Below are positions 55,039 through 64,000 of a DNA stretch of 64,000 bases, piece after piece. The notes under the pieces were generated by a model, which made no database searches, was not told the origin of the DNA, and was given only the letters and a program-made list of their open reading frames with translations. Within the stretch, counting starts at the first letter, position 1. Each line of letters opens with the position of its first letter. The stretch is from Syntrophales bacterium (GTDB lineage: Bacteria; Desulfobacterota; Syntrophia; Syntrophales; PHBD01). The stretch lies in contig OY764159.1 in NCBI GenBank assembly GCA_963668175.1, positions 1,952,001 through 2,016,000 on the forward strand, written 5' to 3'. Both the position numbers and the translations under genes were made by a program.

Positions 55039-55599
55039 GTGAGCAGCATGAATCGGATCAACGAGGAAAAGCCCGCAAACGGCGGAACGGAGCAGGACGG
55101 AAAACATAGCGGCGGCGAAAACGCGCATGTCGTCAAGACGAGAATTCTGGTCATCGACGACAACGAGCAGGTGCGGAGCATGCTCGAGCAGATGCTGACC
55201 AAGCGGGGCTTCGAGATCGAAGTCGCGCCGAACGGGGAGAATGCGGCCGAAATGCACAGGCGCAAGGCCTTCGATGTCGTCATCACCGACATCATCATGC
55301 CGGGCAAGGAAGGCCTGGAAACGATCGGCGAGTTCCGCCGTCTCTTTCCGGACGTCAAGATTATCGCCATCTCCGGAGGCGGCCGGATAGGCCTCGCCCA
55401 TTACCTGGAGACGGCCAAGAGGATAGGCGCCCATAAGACGATGGCGAAGCCTTTCCGGTCGGCCGAACTGGTCAAGGCGATCGAAGATCTGCTGGAAGGC
55501 CGGGGCAATACGGGCGTCGACGCCCACCCGGGCGTAAATCAAGGAGAAAGAAGGGGAAAGAAAAATGATAGCGTGTCAGGTCCCGGTCCAGGGGAATGA
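55039..55599 (+). CDS. Single-domain response regulator
   Basis: VIDDN, TDIIMP, ISGGG and KPF; start uncertain. Confidence 0.88.
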   Translation: MSSMNRINEEKPANGGTEQDGKHSGGENAHVVKTRILVIDDNEQVRSMLEQMLTKRGFEIEVAPNGENAAEMHRRKAFDVVITDIIMPGKEGLETIGEFRRLFPDVKIIAISGGGRIGLAHYLETAKRIGAHKTMAKPFRSAELVKAIEDLLEGRGNTGVDAHPGVNQGERRGKKNDSVSGPGPGE

Positions 55600-56692
55600 A
55601 GAAGACAAATACGGCGTACTCCGCGCCAGGATCCACGAACTCGAACTATCGGAAATGGAGCTGAAGAGCGCATCGGTGGTGCTCGACGAGAACCGCCGGA
55701 CGATTTCCGCCCTGATGAACAACCTGCCCGGCATGGCCTACCGGTGCCGGCACGACCGGAGCCGGACCATGGCCTTCGTCAGCCAGGGGTGCCTGAACCT
55801 CACGGGCTGCAGCGACGCCGAACTGACGGGAGGCCGGGGCAACCGGTATTCGAGCCTCATCCACCGGGAGGACCGCCGGCATGTCTTCGGGGAGATCGAG
55901 CGGGCCGTGGCCGCCGGGACCCCTTTCAACATTGTCTACCGGATCATGAGCGTGGGCTGCGGCGAAAAATGGGTGTGGGAAAACGGCCATGCCGTCTACG
56001 AGCCGACCGGCGAACCCTACATGCTGGAAGGCTTCGTTATGGATATTACCGAGCACAAGATGACGGAGCTTACCCTTAAGCAGAAATCCCTGGCGCATGA
56101 AAAGGCCATGATGGGCACCATAGAGGCCGTCTCGAGGATGGTCGCCATGCGCGACGCTTACACGGCCGGCCACGAGGAAAGGGTGGCCGAACTGGCGGCG
56201 GCGACGGCGGCGGAGATCGGCATGGACGGAGGGCAGATCGAAGGCATCCGGGCCGCCGGCCTGATCCACGACATCGGAAAGATCAACGTCCCCGTGGACA
56301 TCCTGAACAAGCCGGGCAAGCTGAACCGCATCGAGTATCATTTTGTCAGGGAGCATGTCCGGACGGGCTATGAAATCCTGAAGGGGATCGACTTCCCCTG
56401 GCCGGTTGCGGACATCGTCTGGCAGCATCACGAGAGGATGGACGGTTCCGGTTATCCCCGCGGGCTCCGGGGCGACGACATCCTCACCGAGGCCCGCATC
56501 ATTGCCGTTGCGGACGTCGTCGAGGCCATGGCTTACGACCGGCCTTACCGTCCGGCGCTGGGGCTCCCCGCCGCCATTGAAGAAATATCGAAAAACTGCG
56601 GACGGCTCTACGACGCCGACGCCGTGGCCGCCTGTCTCCGGGTCATCGGGGACCGCCGTATCGACTTTCTGAAAGGCGGCGACCGGAAATGA
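55565..56692 (+). CDS. PAS + HD-GYP cyclic-dinucleotide phosphodiesterase
   Basis: YTAGH, HDIGK, HHERMDGSGYP, ADVVEAM and RPYR motifs. Confidence 0.93.
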   Translation: MIACQVPVQGNEEDKYGVLRARIHELELSEMELKSASVVLDENRRTISALMNNLPGMAYRCRHDRSRTMAFVSQGCLNLTGCSDAELTGGRGNRYSSLIHREDRRHVFGEIERAVAAGTPFNIVYRIMSVGCGEKWVWENGHAVYEPTGEPYMLEGFVMDITEHKMTELTLKQKSLAHEKAMMGTIEAVSRMVAMRDAYTAGHEERVAELAAATAAEIGMDGGQIEGIRAAGLIHDIGKINVPVDILNKPGKLNRIEYHFVREHVRTGYEILKGIDFPWPVADIVWQHHERMDGSGYPRGLRGDDILTEARIIAVADVVEAMAYDRPYRPALGLPAAIEEISKNCGRLYDADAVAACLRVIGDRRIDFLKGGDRK

Positions 56693-59600
56693 CCGCCGAA
56701 CCTTACGGCAGGGAACGGAAGACTCAAGACGGGGTCAGGTTGCGTTCGTGGTCCCTGCGGCGGCACCTCATCGCCGTGGTCGTCGTTTCCCTCCTGCCCG
56801 TGCTGGGTATTCTCCTCTATACGAATGCGGAGTTGAAACAACGCGCCGTCGAGGATGCCGACGCTTCCGCCCGCGGCCTGGCCCGCAACGTCGCCCGGCA
56901 GCACCAGCAGAACACCGAAAGCACGAGACAGCTCCTCATGACCCTGAGCCGGATTCCCGCCGTGCAGCAGGGAGATATAAAGGCCTGTAACCGGGTCTTC
57001 AGGGATATCAGGAACGCCAATCCCCTCTATCTGGATATCCTCCTGGTTACGCGCGGAGGCATCGTCGTCGCTTCAGCACTCTCTCCCGCGAGGCGCGACG
57101 TCAGTCGCAGAAAATACTTTCTCGATGCCGTCAGAACCGGAGGCTTTTCCTCCGGGGAGTATGTCGTAGGTCTTGTCTCCAGGATTCCCGCTTTCCATTA
57201 CGCTTATCCGGTCCGCGACGCTCACGGAAACCTGAAAGGGGTCGTGGCCGCTTCCATGGATCTCACGTCCTATGGAGGCAATTTTTCTGCGGCGAATCTG
57301 CCGGAGGGATCGGTGATCGTGATGAGCGATTACCGCCACCGCAATGTGCTGAGGCTTCCCGACGGCGCCGGCTACGTGGGGTCGACCGACCGGGACGAGA
57401 TGATCACGCTCATGGCGGGCGGAGATGACGAGGGCACCTTTGTGTTGCCCGGACGCGACAGTATGATCCGCCTTTATGCCTTTCAACGCCTCCGCCTGAG
57501 TCCCGGTCAACCTCCTTATCTCTACATCCGCGTGGGCATCCCCCGGGAGACGGCGCTCGTGCCGGTGGCCCGCATCGAACGCAGGAACATTCTGCTTCTG
57601 GCGGCCGTTTTCGTTCTCTCCCTCTCTCTGGCCTGGCTGATGGCCGATTACATGATCATGCGGCGGTTCAACCGCCTCGTCGAACTTGCCCGGAAGCTCG
57701 GCCGGGGGGAACTGGCGTCCCGTTCCGGCCTGGATTATGCGGGCGGAGAAATCGGCCTCCTCGCCGAGTCCCTGGACGGGATGGCGGCGGACATCCAGGA
57801 GAGGCGGCAGAAGCAGCTTCGGTCGGAAGAGGCTCTGCGGTTGAGCGAGGAGACGTTCCGCAGCCTCGTCGAGGCCACGCGGGACCTGGTCTTCACGATA
57901 GACCGCGAAGGTCGGTGCACGTATCTCAATCCGCGTTTCGAGGCCGTCACAGGTTTTGCCGCCGGCGAGATGATGGGGCAGCCCTTTTCGGCCATCGTCG
58001 CCCCGGAATACGTTCCCGAAGTGCGGGCGCACTTCCGCAGGGAGTTGGAAGGCGAGCACATGCCGCCGTACCGGGTCGATCTCATCGGCAGGCATGCCGG
58101 CCGGGTTCCCGTGGAGTTCCTGACGGCGGCCCTGTTCGACCGCGAGGGGAACGTCATCGGCCGCTGCGGCGTGGGGCGCGACGTTTCGGAGCGGATCGAG
58201 GCGGACAAGAACCTCCGGGAATCGGAGGAGAAATACCGGACCCTCTTCGAGCGGATGGCCCAAGGGGTCGTCTACATGAACGCCGACGGGGAGGTGTTCT
58301 CCGCCAATCCGGCGGCGGAGGCCATCCTCGGAAGGACGGCGGATGAACTCCGGGGAAAGACCCCCCGGGAACTGGGCTGGCAGGCTTTCCGCGAGGACGG
58401 TATGTCCTGTCCCGGCGACGAGCATCCGGCCCTGACGGCCCTCAGGACAGGCATGGCCGTTCGGCAGAATCTGACGGGGATAGCGAATCCGCGGGACGGC
58501 AGGGTGCACTGGATTCTCGTCGACGCCGTGCCCCGTATCGATGCTGTCGGGAAGCGGCCCCGGGAAGTTTTCGCCACCTTTACCGACATTACGGCCCTCA
58601 GAGAGGCCGAGGAGGCGGCAAGGATGAGCGAACAGCGTTTCGGCCTTCTCGTGAACAATATGGCGGAAGGGGTGGCCGTGCACCGGTTGATCTGCGACGA
58701 CTCCGGGCGGCCGGCAGATTACGAAATCCTGGACGTGAACCCCCGGTACGAGCAGATTCTTTCCATGGAGAAGGCATCCGTCGTCGGCCGGAGAGCGTCC
58801 GCCGTCTACGGGACGGGCGAGGCCCCCTATCTTGCCGAGTACGCCGCGGCGGCGCGATCCCGGAAACCCCTGCGGTTCGAGGTCTACTACACGCCCCTCG
58901 ACAAGCATTTCAATATCTCGGTCATTGCCCTGAAAGAGAACGAATTCGCCACGATATTTCTCGATATCAGCGACCGGAAGCGGTTCGAAGCGGAGAAGGC
59001 GGAGATCGAAAAGCGCCTCCTCCAGTCGCAGAAGATGGAGGCCATCGGGACCCTGGCGGGAGGCATCGCCCACGACTTCAACAATATCCTGTCCGCCATG
59101 ATAGGCTATGCGGAGATGGCCCAGGAAGAGACGGAGAGGGAGGCGCAGGAGAACTATATAGGGCAGGTCCTTTACGCCTGCGACCGTGCCCGGACGCTGG
59201 TGGCGCAGATACTCGATTTCAGCCGCCAGGCCGAGCAGAAGCACGGACCGGCGGATATCGTCGCCGCCGTCCGGGAAGGCATGGGGCTCCTGCGCGCTTC
59301 CCTGCCGACCACGATCAGGATCGAAGAGGCCCTGCCGGATGAGCCCCTTTTCGCGTCGTGCGATGCGACCCAGGTCCACCAGGTGCTCCTCAATCTCTGC
59401 ACGAATGCCGCCCACGCCATGCGCGACCGGGGAGGTTTGCTCAAAGTGGAGCTTACCGATGCCGACTTCGCCGAAGACGACCCGCAAAAACCGCCGGAGA
59501 TCGCCCCCGGCGGCTATGCGGTCCTGACCGTTACCGACAACGGGCCGGGGATACCCCAGGACATCATGGGCAGGATATTCGATCCCTTCTTCACGACAAA

Positions 59601-60225
59601 GGGGCCCGGCGAGGGAACAGGGCTCGGCCTCTCGATGGTGTACGGCATCGTGAAGGGATACGGCGGGGCGGTCGCCGTCCGGAGCGACCCCGGCCGGGAA
59701 ACGGCGGTCACGGTATGGCTGCCGCGCCTTTCCGCCCCCGTCTCCGACTCCGACTGGACCGAGCCGCAGCCGGCGGCTCCGACGGGCCAGGGGCGGATCC
59801 TCTTCGTGGACGACGAGGAGGCCCTGGTCGATATCGGCGAGAAAATGTTCACATCCCTGGGGTATGAAGTGACGGCGACGGCAAACAGCATCGAGGCGCT
59901 GGAGCTTTTCCGGTCGGACCCGGACGGGTTCGATCTCCTCATCACGGACCTGACCATGCCCGGCCTGACGGGAATCGACCTCGCCCTGAAAGCCCGGGCC
60001 GTCCGTCCTTCCCTGCCCGTGATCCTCTGCACGGGATTCAGCGAGAGGATCAGCGGCGACGTGCTCCACAAAGCCGGTATCAGGGAGGTCCTGTCCAAGC
60101 CCGTGCCGAAAGCCGAGTTCGCCAGGGCGGTCAAAAAGGTCATGGATAGCCCTGAAGGCCGGGATTCCGGGAGCGATGTCCATGCTGCGGGAAACGGCCT
60201 GAACGGGGCGGCGGCCGGACTCTGA
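56689..60225 (+). CDS. Membrane hybrid histidine kinase (Cache-HAMP-3xPAS-HisKA-HATPase-REC)
   Basis: Two TMs; AGGIAHDFNN, FDPFFTTK, GTGLGL and a REC domain. Confidence 0.95.
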   Translation: MTAEPYGRERKTQDGVRLRSWSLRRHLIAVVVVSLLPVLGILLYTNAELKQRAVEDADASARGLARNVARQHQQNTESTRQLLMTLSRIPAVQQGDIKACNRVFRDIRNANPLYLDILLVTRGGIVVASALSPARRDVSRRKYFLDAVRTGGFSSGEYVVGLVSRIPAFHYAYPVRDAHGNLKGVVAASMDLTSYGGNFSAANLPEGSVIVMSDYRHRNVLRLPDGAGYVGSTDRDEMITLMAGGDDEGTFVLPGRDSMIRLYAFQRLRLSPGQPPYLYIRVGIPRETALVPVARIERRNILLLAAVFVLSLSLAWLMADYMIMRRFNRLVELARKLGRGELASRSGLDYAGGEIGLLAESLDGMAADIQERRQKQLRSEEALRLSEETFRSLVEATRDLVFTIDREGRCTYLNPRFEAVTGFAAGEMMGQPFSAIVAPEYVPEVRAHFRRELEGEHMPPYRVDLIGRHAGRVPVEFLTAALFDREGNVIGRCGVGRDVSERIEADKNLRESEEKYRTLFERMAQGVVYMNADGEVFSANPAAEAILGRTADELRGKTPRELGWQAFREDGMSCPGDEHPALTALRTGMAVRQNLTGIANPRDGRVHWILVDAVPRIDAVGKRPREVFATFTDITALREAEEAARMSEQRFGLLVNNMAEGVAVHRLICDDSGRPADYEILDVNPRYEQILSMEKASVVGRRASAVYGTGEAPYLAEYAAAARSRKPLRFEVYYTPLDKHFNISVIALKENEFATIFLDISDRKRFEAEKAEIEKRLLQSQKMEAIGTLAGGIAHDFNNILSAMIGYAEMAQEETEREAQENYIGQVLYACDRARTLVAQILDFSRQAEQKHGPADIVAAVREGMGLLRASLPTTIRIEEALPDEPLFASCDATQVHQVLLNLCTNAAHAMRDRGGLLKVELTDADFAEDDPQKPPEIAPGGYAVLTVTDNGPGIPQDIMGRIFDPFFTTKGPGEGTGLGLSMVYGIVKGYGGAVAVRSDPGRETAVTVWLPRLSAPVSDSDWTEPQPAAPTGQGRILFVDDEEALVDIGEKMFTSLGYEVTATANSIEALELFRSDPDGFDLLITDLTMPGLTGIDLALKARAVRPSLPVILCTGFSERISGDVLHKAGIREVLSKPVPKAEFARAVKKVMDSPEGRDSGSDVHAAGNGLNGAAAGL

Positions 60226-60446
60226 ACCGGGCCGGCGCCGATACGGGGCGGGGCGACCGCAGCGAAGTCATTGCGGAAATTAATAAATAACTTGAATTGC
60301 CGCCATCCTTCCATTAATAATGGATGCGGAGGGGGGGCGGCGAGAAGGCGGAATTCATAGTCCTGCCTTGAATCGAGATTCCGGGGAGAAGGCGGCTCTG
60401 AATGCCGCAGCCCTTTTTTGTCCGGGGGGATCGGACGAGTGAGGCC

Positions 60447-63400
60447 ATGTACCGAATCCTGATTGCAGACAACGACGATGCGTCCCGGGAGGCCCTGACA
60501 GGGATCGTAAGCGGCCTGGGGTACGAACTCGCCGGATCGGCCTGGGATGGAAGCACCGCCGTTCGTCTCGCAGGCGAACTGAGGCCCGACCTGGTGCTCA
60601 TGGATATCGTCATGTCCGGAGATTCGGACGGCATTGCCGCGGCGGGGACCATCCATAAGGAGTTCGACATTCCCGTGGTCTTCATGACGGGTTCGGCGAA
60701 CGCCGACTCCGCCGTCAGGGCCGCCGTCGCCGACGCTTACGGATACCTGGTCAAGCCCTTTCCGGGGGAGGCGCTGGGGGGCGCCGTCGAGATCGCCGTC
60801 AGAAGACACGGCGAAATGCGGCGGCTTGCCGACGGGAACAAGTTCTTCCGGATTTTCAACAACGCCCCTCTGTCCATGACCATGAGCACCGTCGACGACG
60901 GCACCTTCATCGACGTGAACGAGAAGTTCGGCCAGGTGACGGGATACAGCCGCGAGGAAGTCGTCGGCAAGAGCATGGCGGCCCTGGGGTGGATGTCCGA
61001 GAAGGTCCGGGGCCGCATCGCCGCCGGCATCAAGTCCAGGGGAAGGGTCGAAAGCCTGGAGTTTTACGTCAAGGCCAAAAACGGCAAGCAGCTCTGTTTC
61101 CTATACAGCGGCGAGGTGATCGAGATCGAGGACAGGCCGCTGATCCTCTCCATCGCCCAGGATATTACGGACCGCAAGAAGATGGAGACGGCGCTGCGCG
61201 ACGCCGAGACCAAGTTCCGGACGGTGGCGGACAACACCTACGGCTGGGAATTCTGGCTCGACGAACACGGCCGGTTCCTGTACAATTCCCCGTCCTGCCT
61301 GAACGTTACCGGATACGGCGCCGCCGAATTCAGGAGGGACCCGCAACTCTTTTTCCGCATCATCCATTCGGACGACAGGGAACTGTTCCGCATCCATATC
61401 CTGGAGGCGGAATCGCGGGCCGCAACGGAAGGCATCGATTTCCGCATCATCCACAAGGACGGTTCGGTCCGGTGGATCGCCCATGTCTGCCAGCCGGTCC
61501 ACGACCGGGACGGTGCGTATCTCGGCATCAGGGGAAGCAACCGCGACATCACCGACCGGAAAAGGCTGGAAGAGGAGTGGCGGAAGAGCGATTTTATCAT
61601 CAACGCGGCGGGCGAATTCATCACGATGATCAACCGCCGCTACGTGTATGAACTGGTCAGCGATTCGTACTGCCGGGCCATGGCCCGAAGCCGGCAGGAG
61701 ATCGTCGGCCGGACGGTCGGCAAAATCTGGGGCGAGGAGCGATTCCGGAACGTCATCAAGGAGAAGCTCGACCGCTGCTTCGCCGGCGGCGCCGTCAGCG
61801 ACCAGGACTGGCTGGACCTGCCCAACGGGGGGCGCCGTTATTTTCATATTCATTACTATCCCTATGCGGAGCCGGGCGGCCGAACCACCCACGCTATCGT
61901 CATTTCCCACGACGTGACCGAATTGAAGCAGGCCGAACTGGGCCTGAGCGAAGCGGAAAAGAACTACCGGGACATCGTGGAGCATGCGGAAGAGGGGATA
62001 TTCCGGACGGCGCCGGACGGCCGTTTCCTGATGGCGAACAAGGCCATCGCCGCCATGCTCGGCTACGACTCCCCCGAGGAGCTGCTGAACGCGGAGGCGG
62101 ACATAAGCGAACGGATGTACGTCCGTCCCGAAGACCGCGACGAGGCGCTCCGGACCATCAACGAGAAGGGCGCGGTCCGCGGTTACGAGACGGAGCTCTA
62201 CCGGAAGGACGGAAGCCGGATCTGGATTTCCATGAACATGCGCGCCGTCCACGATGCCGGCGGGAACCTGCTCTGCTATGAAGGTATCAACCAGGACGTC
62301 ACCGCGCGCAAGCAGGCGGACGAGGACCGCCTGAGGATCGAGGCGCAGCTCCTCCAGTCGCAGAAGCTGGAGACCATCGGCCGGCTTGCGGCGGGCATGG
62401 CGCACGACTTCAACAACCTGATCGCCCCGATCAGGGGTTTCGCCGAGATCATGATGGACGAATGCACCCCCGGGGACCCGCACCAGGACGACCTGAAACA
62501 GATCAAGCTTGCCGCCGAGATGGCCGGGAACCTGACGCGGCAGCTCCTTGCCTTCGGGAGCAAGCAGATCCTGTCGCTGAAGCCCTTGGACATGCGGCAG
62601 GTCGTCCGCGGCGTCGAAAAGCTCCTGCGCCGCACCGTCCGGGAGGACATCGACATCAGGATCAAGGTGCCCAAGTCGCTCAAAAAGATCAACGCCGACA
62701 TCAGCCAGATCGAGCAGATCATCGTCAACCTGGCGGTCAACGCCCAGGACGCCATGCCGGGCAAAGGGCTTTTCGCCATCGAGCTGAAAGGCATCCGCAT
62801 CGACGCGGACGTGCCCGACAAGGACCCCCGGGCGGCGCAGGGCGACTATGTCCTCCTGTCCATCAGCGACACGGGGTGCGGCATGGACCAGGAGACCATG
62901 GAGCACATCTTCGAACCTTTCTTCACGACGAAGGAGAAGGGCCGGGGGACGGGACTCGGGCTGTCCACCGTCTACGGCATCATCAAGCAGCACGGCGGTT
63001 TCATCAACGTTTATTCGGAAGTGGGCCGCGGCAGCACGCTGAACATATACCTGCCCTGCATGAGGGGGGGCAGGGACGCGGAGCTGATCGTTCCCGGCGA
63101 GGAAGAGGTGGTCAAGGGCGGCTCCGAAACCCTCCTCATCGCCGAAGACAACGACATGGTGCTCAGGATGACCCGCCGGGCCCTCGAGCGGATCGGCTAC
63201 CGGGTCGTGGCGGCCAACGATCCCGAGCAGTGCCTGAGGATGGTGGCGGCGTATCCGGACACGATCCATCTCATGCTCATCGACGTCATCATGCCGGGCA
63301 TGAACGGGAAGGAATTGTACGAGCGCCTGTCGGTCCTGCGGCCGGGCGTGGACGTCATCTACATGTCGGGTTACAGCGAAGACGTCATCAGTCATCACGG

Positions 63401-63494
63401 CGTCCTCGACGCCGAGGTCAACTTTATTCAAAAACCGTTCTCCACGCGTGATCTGGCCCGTCTGATCCGGATTGTGCTGGACGGCAAACGCTGA
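60447..63494 (+). CDS. Hybrid histidine kinase (REC-4xPAS-HisKA-HATPase-REC)
   Basis: N-terminal REC (LMDIVM, KPF), AAGMAHDFNN, FEPFFTTK and a C-terminal REC. Confidence 0.95.
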   Translation: MYRILIADNDDASREALTGIVSGLGYELAGSAWDGSTAVRLAGELRPDLVLMDIVMSGDSDGIAAAGTIHKEFDIPVVFMTGSANADSAVRAAVADAYGYLVKPFPGEALGGAVEIAVRRHGEMRRLADGNKFFRIFNNAPLSMTMSTVDDGTFIDVNEKFGQVTGYSREEVVGKSMAALGWMSEKVRGRIAAGIKSRGRVESLEFYVKAKNGKQLCFLYSGEVIEIEDRPLILSIAQDITDRKKMETALRDAETKFRTVADNTYGWEFWLDEHGRFLYNSPSCLNVTGYGAAEFRRDPQLFFRIIHSDDRELFRIHILEAESRAATEGIDFRIIHKDGSVRWIAHVCQPVHDRDGAYLGIRGSNRDITDRKRLEEEWRKSDFIINAAGEFITMINRRYVYELVSDSYCRAMARSRQEIVGRTVGKIWGEERFRNVIKEKLDRCFAGGAVSDQDWLDLPNGGRRYFHIHYYPYAEPGGRTTHAIVISHDVTELKQAELGLSEAEKNYRDIVEHAEEGIFRTAPDGRFLMANKAIAAMLGYDSPEELLNAEADISERMYVRPEDRDEALRTINEKGAVRGYETELYRKDGSRIWISMNMRAVHDAGGNLLCYEGINQDVTARKQADEDRLRIEAQLLQSQKLETIGRLAAGMAHDFNNLIAPIRGFAEIMMDECTPGDPHQDDLKQIKLAAEMAGNLTRQLLAFGSKQILSLKPLDMRQVVRGVEKLLRRTVREDIDIRIKVPKSLKKINADISQIEQIIVNLAVNAQDAMPGKGLFAIELKGIRIDADVPDKDPRAAQGDYVLLSISDTGCGMDQETMEHIFEPFFTTKEKGRGTGLGLSTVYGIIKQHGGFINVYSEVGRGSTLNIYLPCMRGGRDAELIVPGEEEVVKGGSETLLIAEDNDMVLRMTRRALERIGYRVVAANDPEQCLRMVAAYPDTIHLMLIDVIMPGMNGKELYERLSVLRPGVDVIYMSGYSEDVISHHGVLDAEVNFIQKPFSTRDLARLIRIVLDGKR

Positions 63495-63518
63495 TATACT
63501 GAAAAGGGAGAAGGTTCT

Positions 63519-64000
63519 ATGTCTAAGATCCTGATCGTCGACGACGAAGAGCTCATGTGCCGCGCCCTGACCCGCAAGGTGGTCAGCATGGGCCACGAAG
63601 TCGCCTGCGCCTACACCCTGAAAGACGGGGCCAAGAAGGCCAACTCGGGCTATTACGACGTCATTTTTCTCGACGTCCGGATGCCCGACGGCAACGGGCT
63701 CGACGCCATCACGCCGATGCGGTCGACGAGCTCGCAGCCCGAGGTCATCATCATCACCGGCGCCGGGGACCCGGACGGCGCCGAACTGGCGATCCGCAAC
63801 GGCGCCTGGGACTATATCGAGAAGAACGCGTCCATCAACATGATGGTTCTCCCGATGGTGCGGGCCCTCCAGTACCGGGAGGCGGCCAAGATCAAGAACC
63901 CGCTGCCGGCCATGAAGACCCACAACATCGTGGGATCGAGCGCAGCCATCCGGAACGTCCTGGACCTGGCCGCCCAGGCGTCCCAGACGGACGCGAACGT
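63519..64000 (+). CDS. NtrC-family sigma54-dependent response regulator (3' truncated)
   Basis: MSKILIVDDE...LDVRMPDGNG...GAWDYIEK...IVGSSAAI, the start of an AAA+ domain; runs off the window. Confidence 0.88.
   Translation, partial: MSKILIVDDEELMCRALTRKVVSMGHEVACAYTLKDGAKKANSGYYDVIFLDVRMPDGNGLDAITPMRSTSSQPEVIIITGAGDPDGAELAIRNGAWDYIEKNASINMMVLPMVRALQYREAAKIKNPLPAMKTHNIVGSSAAIRNVLDLAAQASQTDAN

Overview
GC-rich bacterial window whose gene content points to an anaerobic Deltaproteobacterium/Desulfobacterota (Syntrophales-like; inferred). It is dominated by signal transduction: five chemoreceptors, a che cluster (STAS, CheY, CheA, CheR-like, MBL hydrolase, poly-HAMP MCP, CheW, CheR, CheB), four hybrid histidine kinases, HD-GYP, PilZ, PAS-LuxR, a degenerate class III cyclase and a partial NtrC-type regulator. 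Metabolic and envelope genes include a nitroreductase, an AlaC-like aminotransferase, an aldo/keto reductase, a thiolase, hydrolases, a LivJ-like protein, a PEP-CTERM protein, TerC and RlpA. The main find is missing from the ORF track: a 28-aa leader peptide with seven consecutive Ala codons and a five-segment terminator/antiterminator switch directly upstream of the alaC-like gene, i.e. a candidate alanine-sensing ribosome-mediated attenuator. Other notable items: a MITE-like repeat carrying target-specific 18-20 nt hairpin insertions, a sigma54-driven GGA-rich sRNA candidate, two decayed 3'-end gene duplications, and a CheR-like + MBL cassette beside a sensor-less MCP. No rRNA, tRNA, CRISPR array or transposase was seen. 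All calls come from reading the sequence; no searches were run.
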